Shown: piece by piece, positions 30,173 through 36,944 of the stretch
How positions within the stretch are numbered: position 1 is the stretch's first letter
How the letters are laid out: each line of letters opens with the position of its first letter
DNA from: an uncultured Bacteroidales bacterium
Lineage (GTDB): Bacteria; Bacteroidota; Bacteroidia; Bacteroidales; P3
Length of the DNA stretch: 64,000 nucleotides
NCBI GenBank assembly: GCA_947168665.1
Contig: CAMVMX010000010.1
Coordinates: 37,400-101,399, forward strand
Direction of reading: 5' to 3'
The notes under the pieces: generated by a model
The model's database searches: none
What the model was told of the DNA's origin: nothing
What the model saw: only the letters and a program-made list of their open reading frames with translations
Program-made: the position numbers and the translations under genes

Positions 30173-30452
30173 TTAGAACAGGTCTGAATGTGAGCCTGTA
30201 CGGTATAGAGAAACAATGCGAACGGTCTCTTTTCGGCTGTAAATGGGAAGCCAGTCTGGATTAATGTGACACTCTCGATACCCACGGTAGTTTCCTGTCA
30301 ACACGTGGTCGCGGTATTTATCGGGCAGCGGTGCCTTCCTGCAGCATATCGGTCACCGTTTTGAGCTGGGCAAGGTCAAGGCCGCGCCGTTTGGCAAGTT
30401 TCAGGTCTTTAACAAACTTGCCACCATATTCCAATTTGTAGCGTATGCCCAT
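30173..30452 (-). pseudogene. yafQ: YafQ/RelE-family toxin, frameshifted
   Basis: Manual translation from ATG 30452: MGIRYKLEYGGKFVKDLKLAKRRGLDLAQLKTVTDMLQEGTAAR then TAA. In a shifted reading frame it continues LPDKYRDHVLTGNYRGYRECHINPDWLPIYSRKETVRIVSLYRTGSHSDLF, a canonical YafQ C-terminus, ending at 30173. Confidence 0.75.
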
Positions 30453-30454
30453 AA

Positions 30455-30688
30455 CTACAAGGTGGCAATTAGGTCATCAATACTTTCGGCGCATTGCACT
30501 CCGTGTCCAGCCTCGACATCGCGAATAGCCTGCATTGTTTCTTCGTTGAGAAAGCATCCGCATTCAGGGTCGAAAAGTGCGTCGGCAGGTTTGGCTTCTG
30601 TAAGCGTCCAGCCCATTCTTTTGGCCAATTTCTGCATAAATGGGAGATCTGCCTTTGGTAACCCGACATTATAAGTGGCTGTGTTCAT
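30455..30688 (-). CDS. DinJ-like antitoxin
   Basis: MNTATYNVGLPKADLPFMQKLAKRMGW...NEETMQAIRDVEAGHGVQCAESIDDLIATL. The C-terminus parallels the E. coli DinJ toxin-binding tail. The stop is 2 nt before the toxin ATG. Confidence 0.6.
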   Translation of the reverse strand: MNTATYNVGLPKADLPFMQKLAKRMGWTLTEAKPADALFDPECGCFLNEETMQAIRDVEAGHGVQCAESIDDLIATL

Positions 30689-30864
30689 AACTTTTAATAT
30701 TAAATGGTTATATTTCAACAACGAAATAATAACTTTTTTATTGTGTCTGTCAATCGGAATATTTCTAATATTATTCAGCGTCGGATCGCAGATCCGCCGC
30801 AACGGGAGCCGTTTCCCATATCGGTTGGGGCTGGCGCAGGGGGGCGACAGCCGTTCTCAAACAG

Positions 30865-31338
30865 CTATTGATTGTGCCTGACAAGAACGGTGATGTCTGT
30901 TGCGCTTACTAACGTGCTTTGCTTTTTTTCAATCAGAGCCAAAGTGTCCGTTGTCAACTTTGTAATTTGGATTTCCCCTTTCTTGTCGCCGTCGGAAAGC
31001 ACAATTGTGCCATTGGCAACATGGTACTGGAAAGACTGGAGAATCGTGTCCATCTCGACAGAGAAGTTTCCATCGGAGAAATCCATTGTCCCGTTAACGA
31101 ATGTGTAAATGCACTTGCCGTCATTTGTGAACTCTATGCCAAGAAGAGGGCTGCATTTGGAGTCGCAAGTGTCGTAAATAACGCCATCGCTTGCTTTCCA
31201 ATCGTTAATCTCATAGACAAAATCCCACTGCCCTACGAGCAGTGTTTCATCAATGTTTTCGTTTCCAGTCCCGCTCTTGCAGGCGGTCATCATTCCGATG
31301 GCGCCCACCATAGCGCCGAGCAAAAATATCTTCTTCAT
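30865..31338 (-). CDS. Lipoprotein, lipocalin-like (tentative)
   Basis: MKKIFLLGAMVGAIGMMTAC lipobox. LVGQWDFVYE... resembles lipocalin-like domain proteins. Preceded by leader R2. Confidence 0.55.
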   Translation of the reverse strand: MKKIFLLGAMVGAIGMMTACKSGTGNENIDETLLVGQWDFVYEINDWKASDGVIYDTCDSKCSPLLGIEFTNDGKCIYTFVNGTMDFSDGNFSVEMDTILQSFQYHVANGTIVLSDGDKKGEIQITKLTTDTLALIEKKQSTLVSATDITVLVRHNQ

Positions 31339-31455
31339 CGTCTGTCTGTGTTTATTGTTTTACTTCATTTTGTTGTTTCATACGGTCATTTTCACCGCGC
31401 ACGGGTGCGGGGTGGCGTTTCAGGGTTGCCGTCCGTAAGGATGGCAGCCGTTGGT
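31339..31455 (-). repeat. Cassette leader repeat R2
   Basis: ctgtctgtgtttattgtttt...ttgttgtttcatacggtcattttcaccgcgcacgggtgcggggtggcg...aaggatggcagccgttgg. Dyad box at 31398-31409. Confidence 0.85.
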
Positions 31456-31932
31456 TCATTTCTTCGACTTTCGAAATTGCTTGTGGTACTTCCTCAGTTG
31501 CCGTTTCAGAAAGAGATGTGTTGGTTCCATAACAGCAAAACGATACTCCATACCTTTGGTCGGTTCCACAATTATGTAGTAGTAATAATCCACACGAAAA
31601 GATATTTCCGAGAATTGTTTGATATTTGACCACTCAATGTCAATTGTACCGAGGTCCTCCCATTCGTAGTCTTTTGTCCGTCTTTGCACATGTTCTATAC
31701 GCAAAAAATCGGGACAGACGACAATGGTGTTTCTTTTTCTCACGATGGCATAGATGATGTGCAGAAGCAAACTGACGGCTGCAACTCCAAGCAATATATA
31801 TCCCCATATGTCGAGCGAGCATGCAAACCAAACCCACGCCCATAACGCTAACATAACGACCAGAAATATTATGCCGACCCACACCCATGCGGTGTCCTTG
31901 TAAACCTTGACGGCATTCTCGGGTATATTCAT
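31456..31932 (-). CDS. Hypothetical membrane protein (2 TM + C-terminal domain)
   Basis: Start taken at MNIPENAV (ATG 31932). The longer ORF start at 31962 lies inside the leader repeat. Confidence 0.55.
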   Translation of the reverse strand: MNIPENAVKVYKDTAWVWVGIIFLVVMLALWAWVWFACSLDIWGYILLGVAAVSLLLHIIYAIVRKRNTIVVCPDFLRIEHVQRRTKDYEWEDLGTIDIEWSNIKQFSEISFRVDYYYYIIVEPTKGMEYRFAVMEPTHLFLKRQLRKYHKQFRKSKK

Positions 31933-31988
31933 TATCTGTCTGTGTTTATTGTTTCCGTTCATTCTGTTGTTTCATTTTTGTTGACGCT
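31933..31988 (-). repeat. Cassette leader repeat R3 (short form)
   Basis: tatctgtctgtgtttattgtttccgttcattctgttgtttcattttt. It has the proximal modules only. Confidence 0.8.
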
Positions 31989-32213
31989 TTAATCAATCAG
32001 TACACAAGCAATGACACCGATGACAAAAGCGGAGATGTTGATGATTAGAATCCATATCTGAAACTTATCCTTTTCTTTTCTACACATTCTCCAGTATCTC
32101 ACAATATCAAATGGGGAGTACCACAGTTTGTCGTAGTAATGGTTCACTGTATAACTGATGTACCACCCTGAGACAAGCCATATCACGCCGAAAACTATAG
32201 CAATTGTTTCCAT
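31989..32213 (-). CDS. Small 2-TM membrane protein, hypothetical
   Basis: 74 aa: METIAIVFGVIWLVSGWYISY...ISAFVIGVIACVLID. Preceded by leader R4. Confidence 0.5.
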   Translation of the reverse strand: METIAIVFGVIWLVSGWYISYTVNHYYDKLWYSPFDIVRYWRMCRKEKDKFQIWILIINISAFVIGVIACVLID

Positions 32214-32289
32214 TATGTCTGTGTTTATTGTTTCCTTTCATTCGGCAGCGACGAGCCGCAGAAGACTGCTATGTGCATATTTACTTGTT
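32214..32289 (-). repeat. Cassette leader repeat R4 (subtype B)
   Basis: tgtctgtgtttattgtttcctttcattcggcagcgacgagccgcagaagactgctatgtgcat. Confidence 0.85.
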
Positions 32290-32706
32290 TCAATCCTTGT
32301 GATAGCCTGCCCAGCTGCTGTTGGACGGGTTGCCTTTCTCGTAGGCAATCTCTATTGGGTCGTGAGGGGCGAACTTCTCCCAGACCGACTTCTTCAATTG
32401 TGTTTTGCCGTGATACAAGCTGTCGTCAATGTAGAAATAATACGACACATAGTAATCACACTTGCGGCCACCGCTAACAGTATATGTTTTCTCAACGCGT
32501 GCAGTAGTCTTGACTGAGTCCTGCTCAATCCTATGGAATTGTATTCGTGCCTGAACGATAGCCACCAACACAACCAGCCCTGAAATCCATACAGGGGACC
32601 AGCGCAGGATGCTGTGTCCAATCTTCTTACGTTTGGCTTTGGCCTGCAGATTTTTATTACTGCCCTTTGTCGGGTAGTTGGGACGGCGGTTGATGTTGTG
32701 GGACAT
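32290..32706 (-). CDS. DUF3592-like membrane-anchored protein
   Basis: Start taken at MSHNINRRPNY (ATG 32706). One TM (WISGLVVLVAIV) followed by ...TTARVEKTYTVSGGRKCDYYVSYYFYIDDSLYHGKT..., typical of DUF3592. Confidence 0.55.
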   Translation of the reverse strand: MSHNINRRPNYPTKGSNKNLQAKAKRKKIGHSILRWSPVWISGLVVLVAIVQARIQFHRIEQDSVKTTARVEKTYTVSGGRKCDYYVSYYFYIDDSLYHGKTQLKKSVWEKFAPHDPIEIAYEKGNPSNSSWAGYHKD

Positions 32707-32795
32707 AGTGTTTATTGTTTTTGTTTCTTCGGCAGCGACGAGCCGCAGAAGACTGCTATGTGCATAGTGGTTATTTCGGTTATGTGATTGGTCTA
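32707..32795 (-). repeat. Cassette leader repeat R5 (subtype B)
   Basis: gtgtttattgtttttgtttcttcggcagcgacgagccgcagaagactgctatgtgcat. The distal module is near-identical to that of R4. Confidence 0.85.
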
Positions 32796-33236
32796 TTATC
32801 CCCAGAAGGGCAATGTCATTGAGTGAGGGAGATACACTATCTTGAACGACACGGCCATCAGAACGGCGCTGGCGACGAAGTAGGCTATCAGTAGCCAGCG
32901 GTTCCTCTTGCGCGCTTTCGGGGGCTCTTCTTTCCACCGGGCCTCGCAGTCGTCGTACAGCTTCTCTTTGTTAAGGATGAAGACGTTGAAAACGGCGATT
33001 GCCACCACGATAATCCACAGCAGGTTGGCCGACAGCTGGTGGCCGAACAGCAGAACGGGCAGGATCAGCAGCGTGTTGAGGTTGGAGATTTGAAGCAGCG
33101 ATACGATGCCCATCGAGGATATCAGATGGGTCGGATCGACCTTCTGCGTCAGCGGGTCATAGGACAAGGAGTAATGCACGGGATGGTCCCAGAACCGCGT
33201 TATCCTGTAGAAACAGTATTTGTAAAACTTTAGCAT
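32796..33236 (-). CDS. Hypothetical multi-pass membrane protein
   Basis: 146 aa with about 3 hydrophobic helices. Preceded by leader R6. Confidence 0.5.
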   Translation of the reverse strand: MLKFYKYCFYRITRFWDHPVHYSLSYDPLTQKVDPTHLISSMGIVSLLQISNLNTLLILPVLLFGHQLSANLLWIIVVAIAVFNVFILNKEKLYDDCEARWKEEPPKARKRNRWLLIAYFVASAVLMAVSFKIVYLPHSMTLPFWG

Positions 33237-33335
33237 CTTTTATCTGTTGTTTCATTTCTGCATTTTCACTGCGCTCGGGTGCGACGCCCCGCAGAAGACT
33301 GAGATGTTCATTGTGTCTGTGTTTTTGTGTCGTTG
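33237..33335 (-). repeat. Cassette leader repeat R6 (subtype A)
   Basis: ctgttgtttcatttctgcattttcactgcgctcgggtgcgacgccccgcagaagactgagatgttcattgtgtctgtgttt. Confidence 0.85.
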
Positions 33336-33665
33336 TCAGAACACGCGGTCGCCGTTCTTCACCGGGTGGGTGGGGCGCAGGAGGACGACACCCTGGGCGG
33401 AGTCGGTGCCGAGAATGCGCACCTCGCTCTTGACGGAGCCGATGTGCATCGGCTGCAGGTTGACGCAGCACACCACCTGCGTGCCGACGAGGTCGTCGGG
33501 AGTGTAGAGGGCGGTGATTTGCGCCGACGATTTCTTCAGCCCGATTTCGGGGCCGAAGTCGATGGTGACCGCATAGGCGGGATGGCGTGCTTTCTTGTTT
33601 TCGGCGACGGCCACCACGGTGCCCACCCGCACTTCCACTTTGTCAAAGTCTGTTACTTCTATCAT
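33336..33665 (-). CDS. tRNA-binding domain protein (CsaA/YgjH-like OB fold)
   Basis: FDKVEVRVGTVVAVAENKKARHPAYAVTIDFGPEIGLKKSSAQIT...LVGTQVVCCVNLQPMHIGSVKSEVRILG is the classic stand-alone tRNA_bind domain. Visibly GC-richer than its neighbours. Confidence 0.75.
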   Translation of the reverse strand: MIEVTDFDKVEVRVGTVVAVAENKKARHPAYAVTIDFGPEIGLKKSSAQITALYTPDDLVGTQVVCCVNLQPMHIGSVKSEVRILGTDSAQGVVLLRPTHPVKNGDRVF

Positions 33666-33848
33666 ATTGTTTCTTTTAAATCTGTTGTTTCATTTCTGCA
33701 TTTTCACCGCGCACGGGTGCGACGCCCCGCAGAAGACTGAGATGTGCATTGTGATGTTTCTGTTTTCTTTGCCGTCACCTCCGCTATGGTCGGTGGCCAT
33801 AGCACGCAAGGATGGCAGCCGATTGTCTTTTGTAGAGTGTATGTAATG
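33666..33848 (-). repeat. Cassette leader repeat R7 (subtype A, long form)
   Basis: ctgttgtttcatttctgcattttcaccgcgcacgggtgcgacgccccgcagaagactgagatgtgcattgtg...aaggatggcagccgattg. Confidence 0.85.
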
Positions 33849-34364
33849 TTATTTCTTTTGCGATGGGTAAATGGGTTGGCCATTCCAACTTGCGGTAAAT
33901 ATTCCGTATAGTTCATCGTCAAAGTCAATAACATAATTCTCGTCAACGAACTGCAACGTCCCCTTGTCATCTACATATAATGTAGACCAACCTGTACGGC
34001 TATCTTCACACGCCCACCAGTCATGAAATCCTTTGGGCAGGTCTTCGAGTGCCTTATCAACGACCAAACCTTTTGGATTCACGTTGACGACCATATCGAA
34101 TATTGGATCAGCCATATCCAGTCGTGAAATACATTCGCTAAACACTTCATCCCATTTGCAGCCTACCCGAGACAAAAGAAACCTATATAATGGAGCGTAG
34201 TCATTGAAATGCCTTCTTTGCCTTCGCTTGATGGGCAGTTGCGATGGCAGCACATCTTGTTTCTTATGGCGCTCGTTTCTGTACCTATCCGTCTCTTGGC
34301 TGTAAAACCGAAATCCATTATGCGTAATTTTGTTTACTTTGCGATAAAGCGGCTTCTTCTCCAT
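33849..34364 (-). CDS. Hypothetical cytoplasmic protein
   Basis: Start taken at MEKKPLYRKV (ATG 34364). The longer start (34394) reads through the leader repeat. No family recognised. Confidence 0.5.
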   Translation of the reverse strand: MEKKPLYRKVNKITHNGFRFYSQETDRYRNERHKKQDVLPSQLPIKRRQRRHFNDYAPLYRFLLSRVGCKWDEVFSECISRLDMADPIFDMVVNVNPKGLVVDKALEDLPKGFHDWWACEDSRTGWSTLYVDDKGTLQFVDENYVIDFDDELYGIFTASWNGQPIYPSQKK

Positions 34365-34569
34365 TTTCTGTCTGTGTTTATTGTTTCTATTCAATCTGTT
34401 GTTTCATTTCTGCATTTTCACCGCGCTCATGAGCGGGGTATTGTTTTTGTGCGAAAGTCGGCCGCGCTCATGAGCGGAGGACACTTTCCGAGTGAAAATC
34501 GGCCGCGCTCGTGAGCGGGGTGCGTTTTCCGGCCTCGTCCGTGGTTGCGCTCATGAGCGCGGTGTGTTT
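34365..34569 (-). repeat. Cassette leader repeat R8 plus a 4 x ~41-bp tandem array of palindromic boxes (34421-34569)
   Basis: The proximal modules match R3/R7. They are followed by boxes cgctcatgagcg (34424-34435, 34465-34476), cgctcgtgagcg (34506-34517) and gcgctcatgagcgc (34547-34560), spaced 41, 41 and 42 nt apart. Confidence 0.9.
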
Positions 34570-35091
34570 TCACGCCTCCGTCGGCTCTTCGCCCGGTGTC
34601 GCGGGCTCAGCGTCGGGCTCGGGCGTCTTCTTGTCGCGGTGCGAGGGTGCCATCGCGTGCTTGCGGAAGTATTCGAGGTCTTCGCTGACGAGGGCGACGA
34701 GTTTCTGCGCCTCGGCGCGGTCGGGGTTGAGGAGGGCGTAGGCGTTGGTGAGGCGCACGAGGGTGAGGTAGGCGCGGTCGGTGGCCTCGCGGGCGGCCTT
34801 GAGCTCGCCCATGATTTGCGCCGAGCGCTCGTCGTTGCGTTCGGTGAGGAGCTGGCGCACGCGGTCGTCGTCGGCCTTGATGGGGTCGGTGAGCTCGCTG
34901 TCGCGGTAGCGCTTGAAGGCTTCGTCCTCGGCCCTGAAGGCGGTGTCGAACTCGTCCTTGCCCTTGCGCCAGAGCTCGTGGTCGACGGGCAGCTCGGCGG
35001 TGCGCTTGCCGAAGGTGGTCATGTACTCGTAGTGCGGCGCGTTGGCCGCGCGGCCGACGGTGACGTCGGGAATCTGTGCTGTGAGTTCCAT
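34570..35091 (-). CDS. Hypothetical protein, strikingly GC-rich gene
   Basis: 173 aa, acidic and helical (…DEFDTAFRAEDEAFKRYRDSELTDPIKADDDRVRQLL…). Its codon usage is unlike all neighbouring island genes. No family recognised. Confidence 0.5.
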   Translation of the reverse strand: MELTAQIPDVTVGRAANAPHYEYMTTFGKRTAELPVDHELWRKGKDEFDTAFRAEDEAFKRYRDSELTDPIKADDDRVRQLLTERNDERSAQIMGELKAAREATDRAYLTLVRLTNAYALLNPDRAEAQKLVALVSEDLEYFRKHAMAPSHRDKKTPEPDAEPATPGEEPTEA

Positions 35092-35117
35092 AATGTTTTT
35101 GTTTTATAGGTGAATTA

Positions 35118-35663
35118 TTATTGTTCCGAATATTCTTGTCCGTACAGGAAATCCATAAGGTCAACAAACTCAAACTGGCAACCTGGTTTGACGATGAGCA
35201 CCCCACTTGTACAACTGTCCTGGGGGATGAAAGCAATGTCGCCTTGACAAAATATCTTTTTGTCCGCCGAGGTCTTGTGATATTTAACACCCATCTTTTC
35301 CAGTTTTTGGCCGCACTCATAATAGTAATACCCCCAGTCGTCCGCCGCAACATAGAAGCCTTCCAGTGCCGCGGAGTCGTTTTCCAGGTCGTGCAGCATT
35401 TTTTCCCAACATTCATTGGAACGGAATATCAAAACATATTCTGTTTGCTTCCCGTCCACATACACATCCGCCGTCTCTCGATATTGAGATACGGTGTCGC
35501 CGACGGAAACAACACCATTGAAAGAGGTATCTCCTGCGGTCTCGTTTGCCGTGCCGCCCTTGCATCCGGCCATCATCGCCACGGCGCACAGCACCGCGAG
35601 TGTGAAGAAAGTCCAGTGGACTTTAGATAGCGTAGCGGAGAATAAATTAAATACTTTCTTCAT
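35118..35663 (-). CDS. Hypothetical lipoprotein (shared signal peptide family)
   Basis: ...FFTLAVLCAVAMMAGCKGG lipobox. The mature domain is unrecognised. Confidence 0.55.
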   Translation of the reverse strand: MKKVFNLFSATLSKVHWTFFTLAVLCAVAMMAGCKGGTANETAGDTSFNGVVSVGDTVSQYRETADVYVDGKQTEYVLIFRSNECWEKMLHDLENDSAALEGFYVAADDWGYYYYECGQKLEKMGVKYHKTSADKKIFCQGDIAFIPQDSCTSGVLIVKPGCQFEFVDLMDFLYGQEYSEQ

Positions 35664-35675
35664 GATGTTTTTGTT

Positions 35676-36188
35676 TTATTGGTTAGACTCTTCTTTCTTT
35701 TCTTTGTTTATTCTTTCAAATGCTTTCTCGGCTGCTTGGGAGCCTCTGAAAACGTAAAGGTCATCGGAAAACTCGGCCCATGTGTAGGTGTGCTCATCCG
35801 CCATAATGTCTATCGACATTAATTCAATCATCGACGCAAGCACCTGTTCCCGTCTTTCGGGGGAAAGTTTGTCGAGGCCTTCCAGTTCCATATTCTCCAA
35901 GAACCTGATGTACTGCATGCTTTTGTATAGGCTGTAGCCCATATCTTCGGAGTACCCGCCGTCCGCTTTGTCGATGTTCTGGAAGAGGAAAGACCATTCT
36001 TCTGGAAGGAGTGTGTCGCCCCCGCGCATTTTTTCCGCCAGCCGCTCCCATTCGTCAACGTTGAACGTGTCGGTCGCGGTCTCGGTTGCCGTTGACTCAT
36101 CAAGTTTGGCAGGCGTACCACCGCCCTTGCATCCGGCCATCATCGCCACGGCGCACAGTATCGCGAGGGTTAAAAATACTTTCTTCAT
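35676..36188 (-). CDS. Hypothetical lipoprotein (shared signal peptide family)
   Basis: Start taken at MKKVFLTLAILCAVAMMAGCKGG (ATG 36188). Helical mature domain. Confidence 0.55.
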   Translation of the reverse strand: MKKVFLTLAILCAVAMMAGCKGGGTPAKLDESTATETATDTFNVDEWERLAEKMRGGDTLLPEEWSFLFQNIDKADGGYSEDMGYSLYKSMQYIRFLENMELEGLDKLSPERREQVLASMIELMSIDIMADEHTYTWAEFSDDLYVFRGSQAAEKAFERINKEKKEESNQ

Positions 36189-36211
36189 TTTTAGGAATTG
36201 TTTGTGGGACA

Positions 36212-36799
36212 TTATTTGATTTGTATTGATTCATCGAATGCAGGTTCGGTGAGGGTTACGGTCTTGTATGTGTTGTCCGGAGTGTCGTAGACGCGCCAGT
36301 CGCCAATGCCGAGGAAGCCGTCGTGTATAAACCCTTCGTATCCGGTGTAATATCCGTCGCCTTCCTTGTTGATGGTGGTGCCGTCATCGGTGTACTCCTT
36401 GTAGTGCGCCCTGTATTCGAACCTGTTCAGGCCAATCACAGTGTCCGTTTTTTCGATGCCGGTGAAATGGCAGTATAGTTTCCCCTTGATATACACCTTT
36501 AGTTCTCCACATTCGTTGCCGTTGCAGTAGTTAACCTCCGAAATCATCCTATCGCTCTCTTCATACAGCCACAGGCCGTCTTTTTTGCCATTGGCATTGT
36601 ACCGGTTTATTTTTCCCGCCAAGGAATCGTTTGCGGTCTCGGTTGCCGTTGCCTCATCAAGTTCGGCAGGCATACCACGCTCGGCAAGCTCGCCGGGCAT
36701 ACCAGCCTCATCGAGTTCGGCAGGCGTGCCACCGCCCTTGCATCCGGCCATCATCGCGAGGGCGACCACCGCCGTGCATATCATCTTTGTCTTCTTCAC
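36212..36799 (-). CDS. Lipoprotein with MORN-variant/YwqK-like repeats (tentative)
   Basis: GTG start. (M)KKTKMICTAVVALAMMAGCKGG lipobox. Internal duplication GTPAELDEAGMPGELAERGMPAELDEA. NANGKKDGLWLYEE...EVNYCNGNECGELKVY resembles YwqK-type antitoxin/immunity repeats. Confidence 0.5.
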   Translation of the reverse strand: MKKTKMICTAVVALAMMAGCKGGGTPAELDEAGMPGELAERGMPAELDEATATETANDSLAGKINRYNANGKKDGLWLYEESDRMISEVNYCNGNECGELKVYIKGKLYCHFTGIEKTDTVIGLNRFEYRAHYKEYTDDGTTINKEGDGYYTGYEGFIHDGFLGIGDWRVYDTPDNTYKTVTLTEPAFDESIQIK

Positions 36800-36870
36800 T
36801 GTCTGTCTGTGTGTCTTGGTGTTTCCGTGTAAACTGTTGTTTTGTTGCTTGCATCATTGTTTTACCAAGT
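36800..36870 (-). repeat. Degenerate ninth copy of the cassette leader (R9)
   Basis: ctgtctgtctgtgtgtcttggtgtttccgtgtaaactgttgttttgttgcttgcat aligns loosely with the proximal and middle leader modules. Confidence 0.5.
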
Positions 36871-36944
36871 GGCAAGGTTGGCTACCGGCCCGATAGTGTC
36901 CAATAGGGCGTATCCAGCCTTACATGCACCATAGAATGGTGTTT

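Noticed and set aside
31456-34394. N-terminal extensions of cassette ORFs (31962, 32937, 34394 starts)
   Set aside because: The extra codons are translations of the conserved leader repeat (MNGNNKHRQI / MNRNNKHRQK) or of the neighbouring gene region. The downstream ATGs directly after the repeat were preferred. The in-frame upstream ATG is noted as a finding instead.
29991-34569. Possibility that the recurring repeats are a CRISPR array
   Set aside because: The repeats are 60-200 nt long, modular and imperfect. They are separated by 225-520-nt protein-coding ORFs rather than ~30-nt spacers. There are no cas genes in the window.
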